Both the position numbers and the translations under genes were made by a program. From NCBI GenBank assembly GCA_049472335.1, contig JBLIRO010000091.1, positions 1-17,851 of the forward strand: a stretch of 17,851 nt of DNA, in the 5' to 3' direction. The notes beneath the pieces are model-generated. The model saw only the letters and a list, made by a program, of their open reading frames with translations, was not told the DNA's origin and made no database searches. Of this stretch, positions 17,590 through 17,851 are shown one piece after another. Position 1 is the stretch's first letter; each line of letters starts with the position of its first letter. This DNA comes from a bacterium (GTDB lineage: Bacteria; SZUA-182; DTGQ01; JAFGSM01).

Positions 17590-17851
17590 ATGGAATATTT
17601 TTACATCACAAGTAGTATTGCGTCTTTATTGGGTTTTCTTGTATCAATATTAATTTTATATCGTCAAAAAAATTCACGTAATCTTGCTAAATTCTCTTTA
17701 ATGTTTTTCCTAGTACTCACAATATTTTTTTGGATATGGTTCTATTTTCTTCCTGTGAATCCAGCTAAAAATATTATAGCTGAGCGAAGTGTCTTGGTAA
17801 ATACATATATTAATGGAGAAAAATATATTGACATAGTTGATGGTACTATTG
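17590..17851 (+). CDS. Hypothetical membrane-anchored protein of cassette 3 (3' truncated; absent from ORF track)
   Basis: ATG 17590, open to the window end: MEYFYITSSIASLLGFLVSILILYRQKNSRNLAKFSLMFFLVLTIFFWIWFYFLPVNPAKNII...; two hydrophobic helices; lies about 60 nt after the attC2 core. Confidence 0.75.
   Translation, partial: MEYFYITSSIASLLGFLVSILILYRQKNSRNLAKFSLMFFLVLTIFFWIWFYFLPVNPAKNIIAERSVLVNTYINGEKYIDIVDGTI

Overview
Positions 1-13402 are a conventional bacterial S10-spc-alpha ribosomal protein superoperon: partial rplB through rplQ, including secY, adk, map, infA, rpmJ (missed by the ORF track) and rpoA, closed by an intrinsic terminator. Next come two ECF-type ATPase genes (ecfA1/ecfA2) with motif substitutions concentrated mainly in one composite ATP site and no adjacent ecfT. 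From about 15275 the window holds the start of an integron that has lost most of its integrase. It shows a 26-codon intI-like 5' stub on the minus strand, a near-consensus cassette promoter overlapping that stub, an attI-like site (GTT at 15522) and two related attC sites. These delimit cassette 1 (two unknown membrane proteins), cassette 2 (DinJ/RelB-YafQ toxin-antitoxin with its own promoter and operator) and the start of cassette 3. All calls come from reading the sequence; no searches were run.
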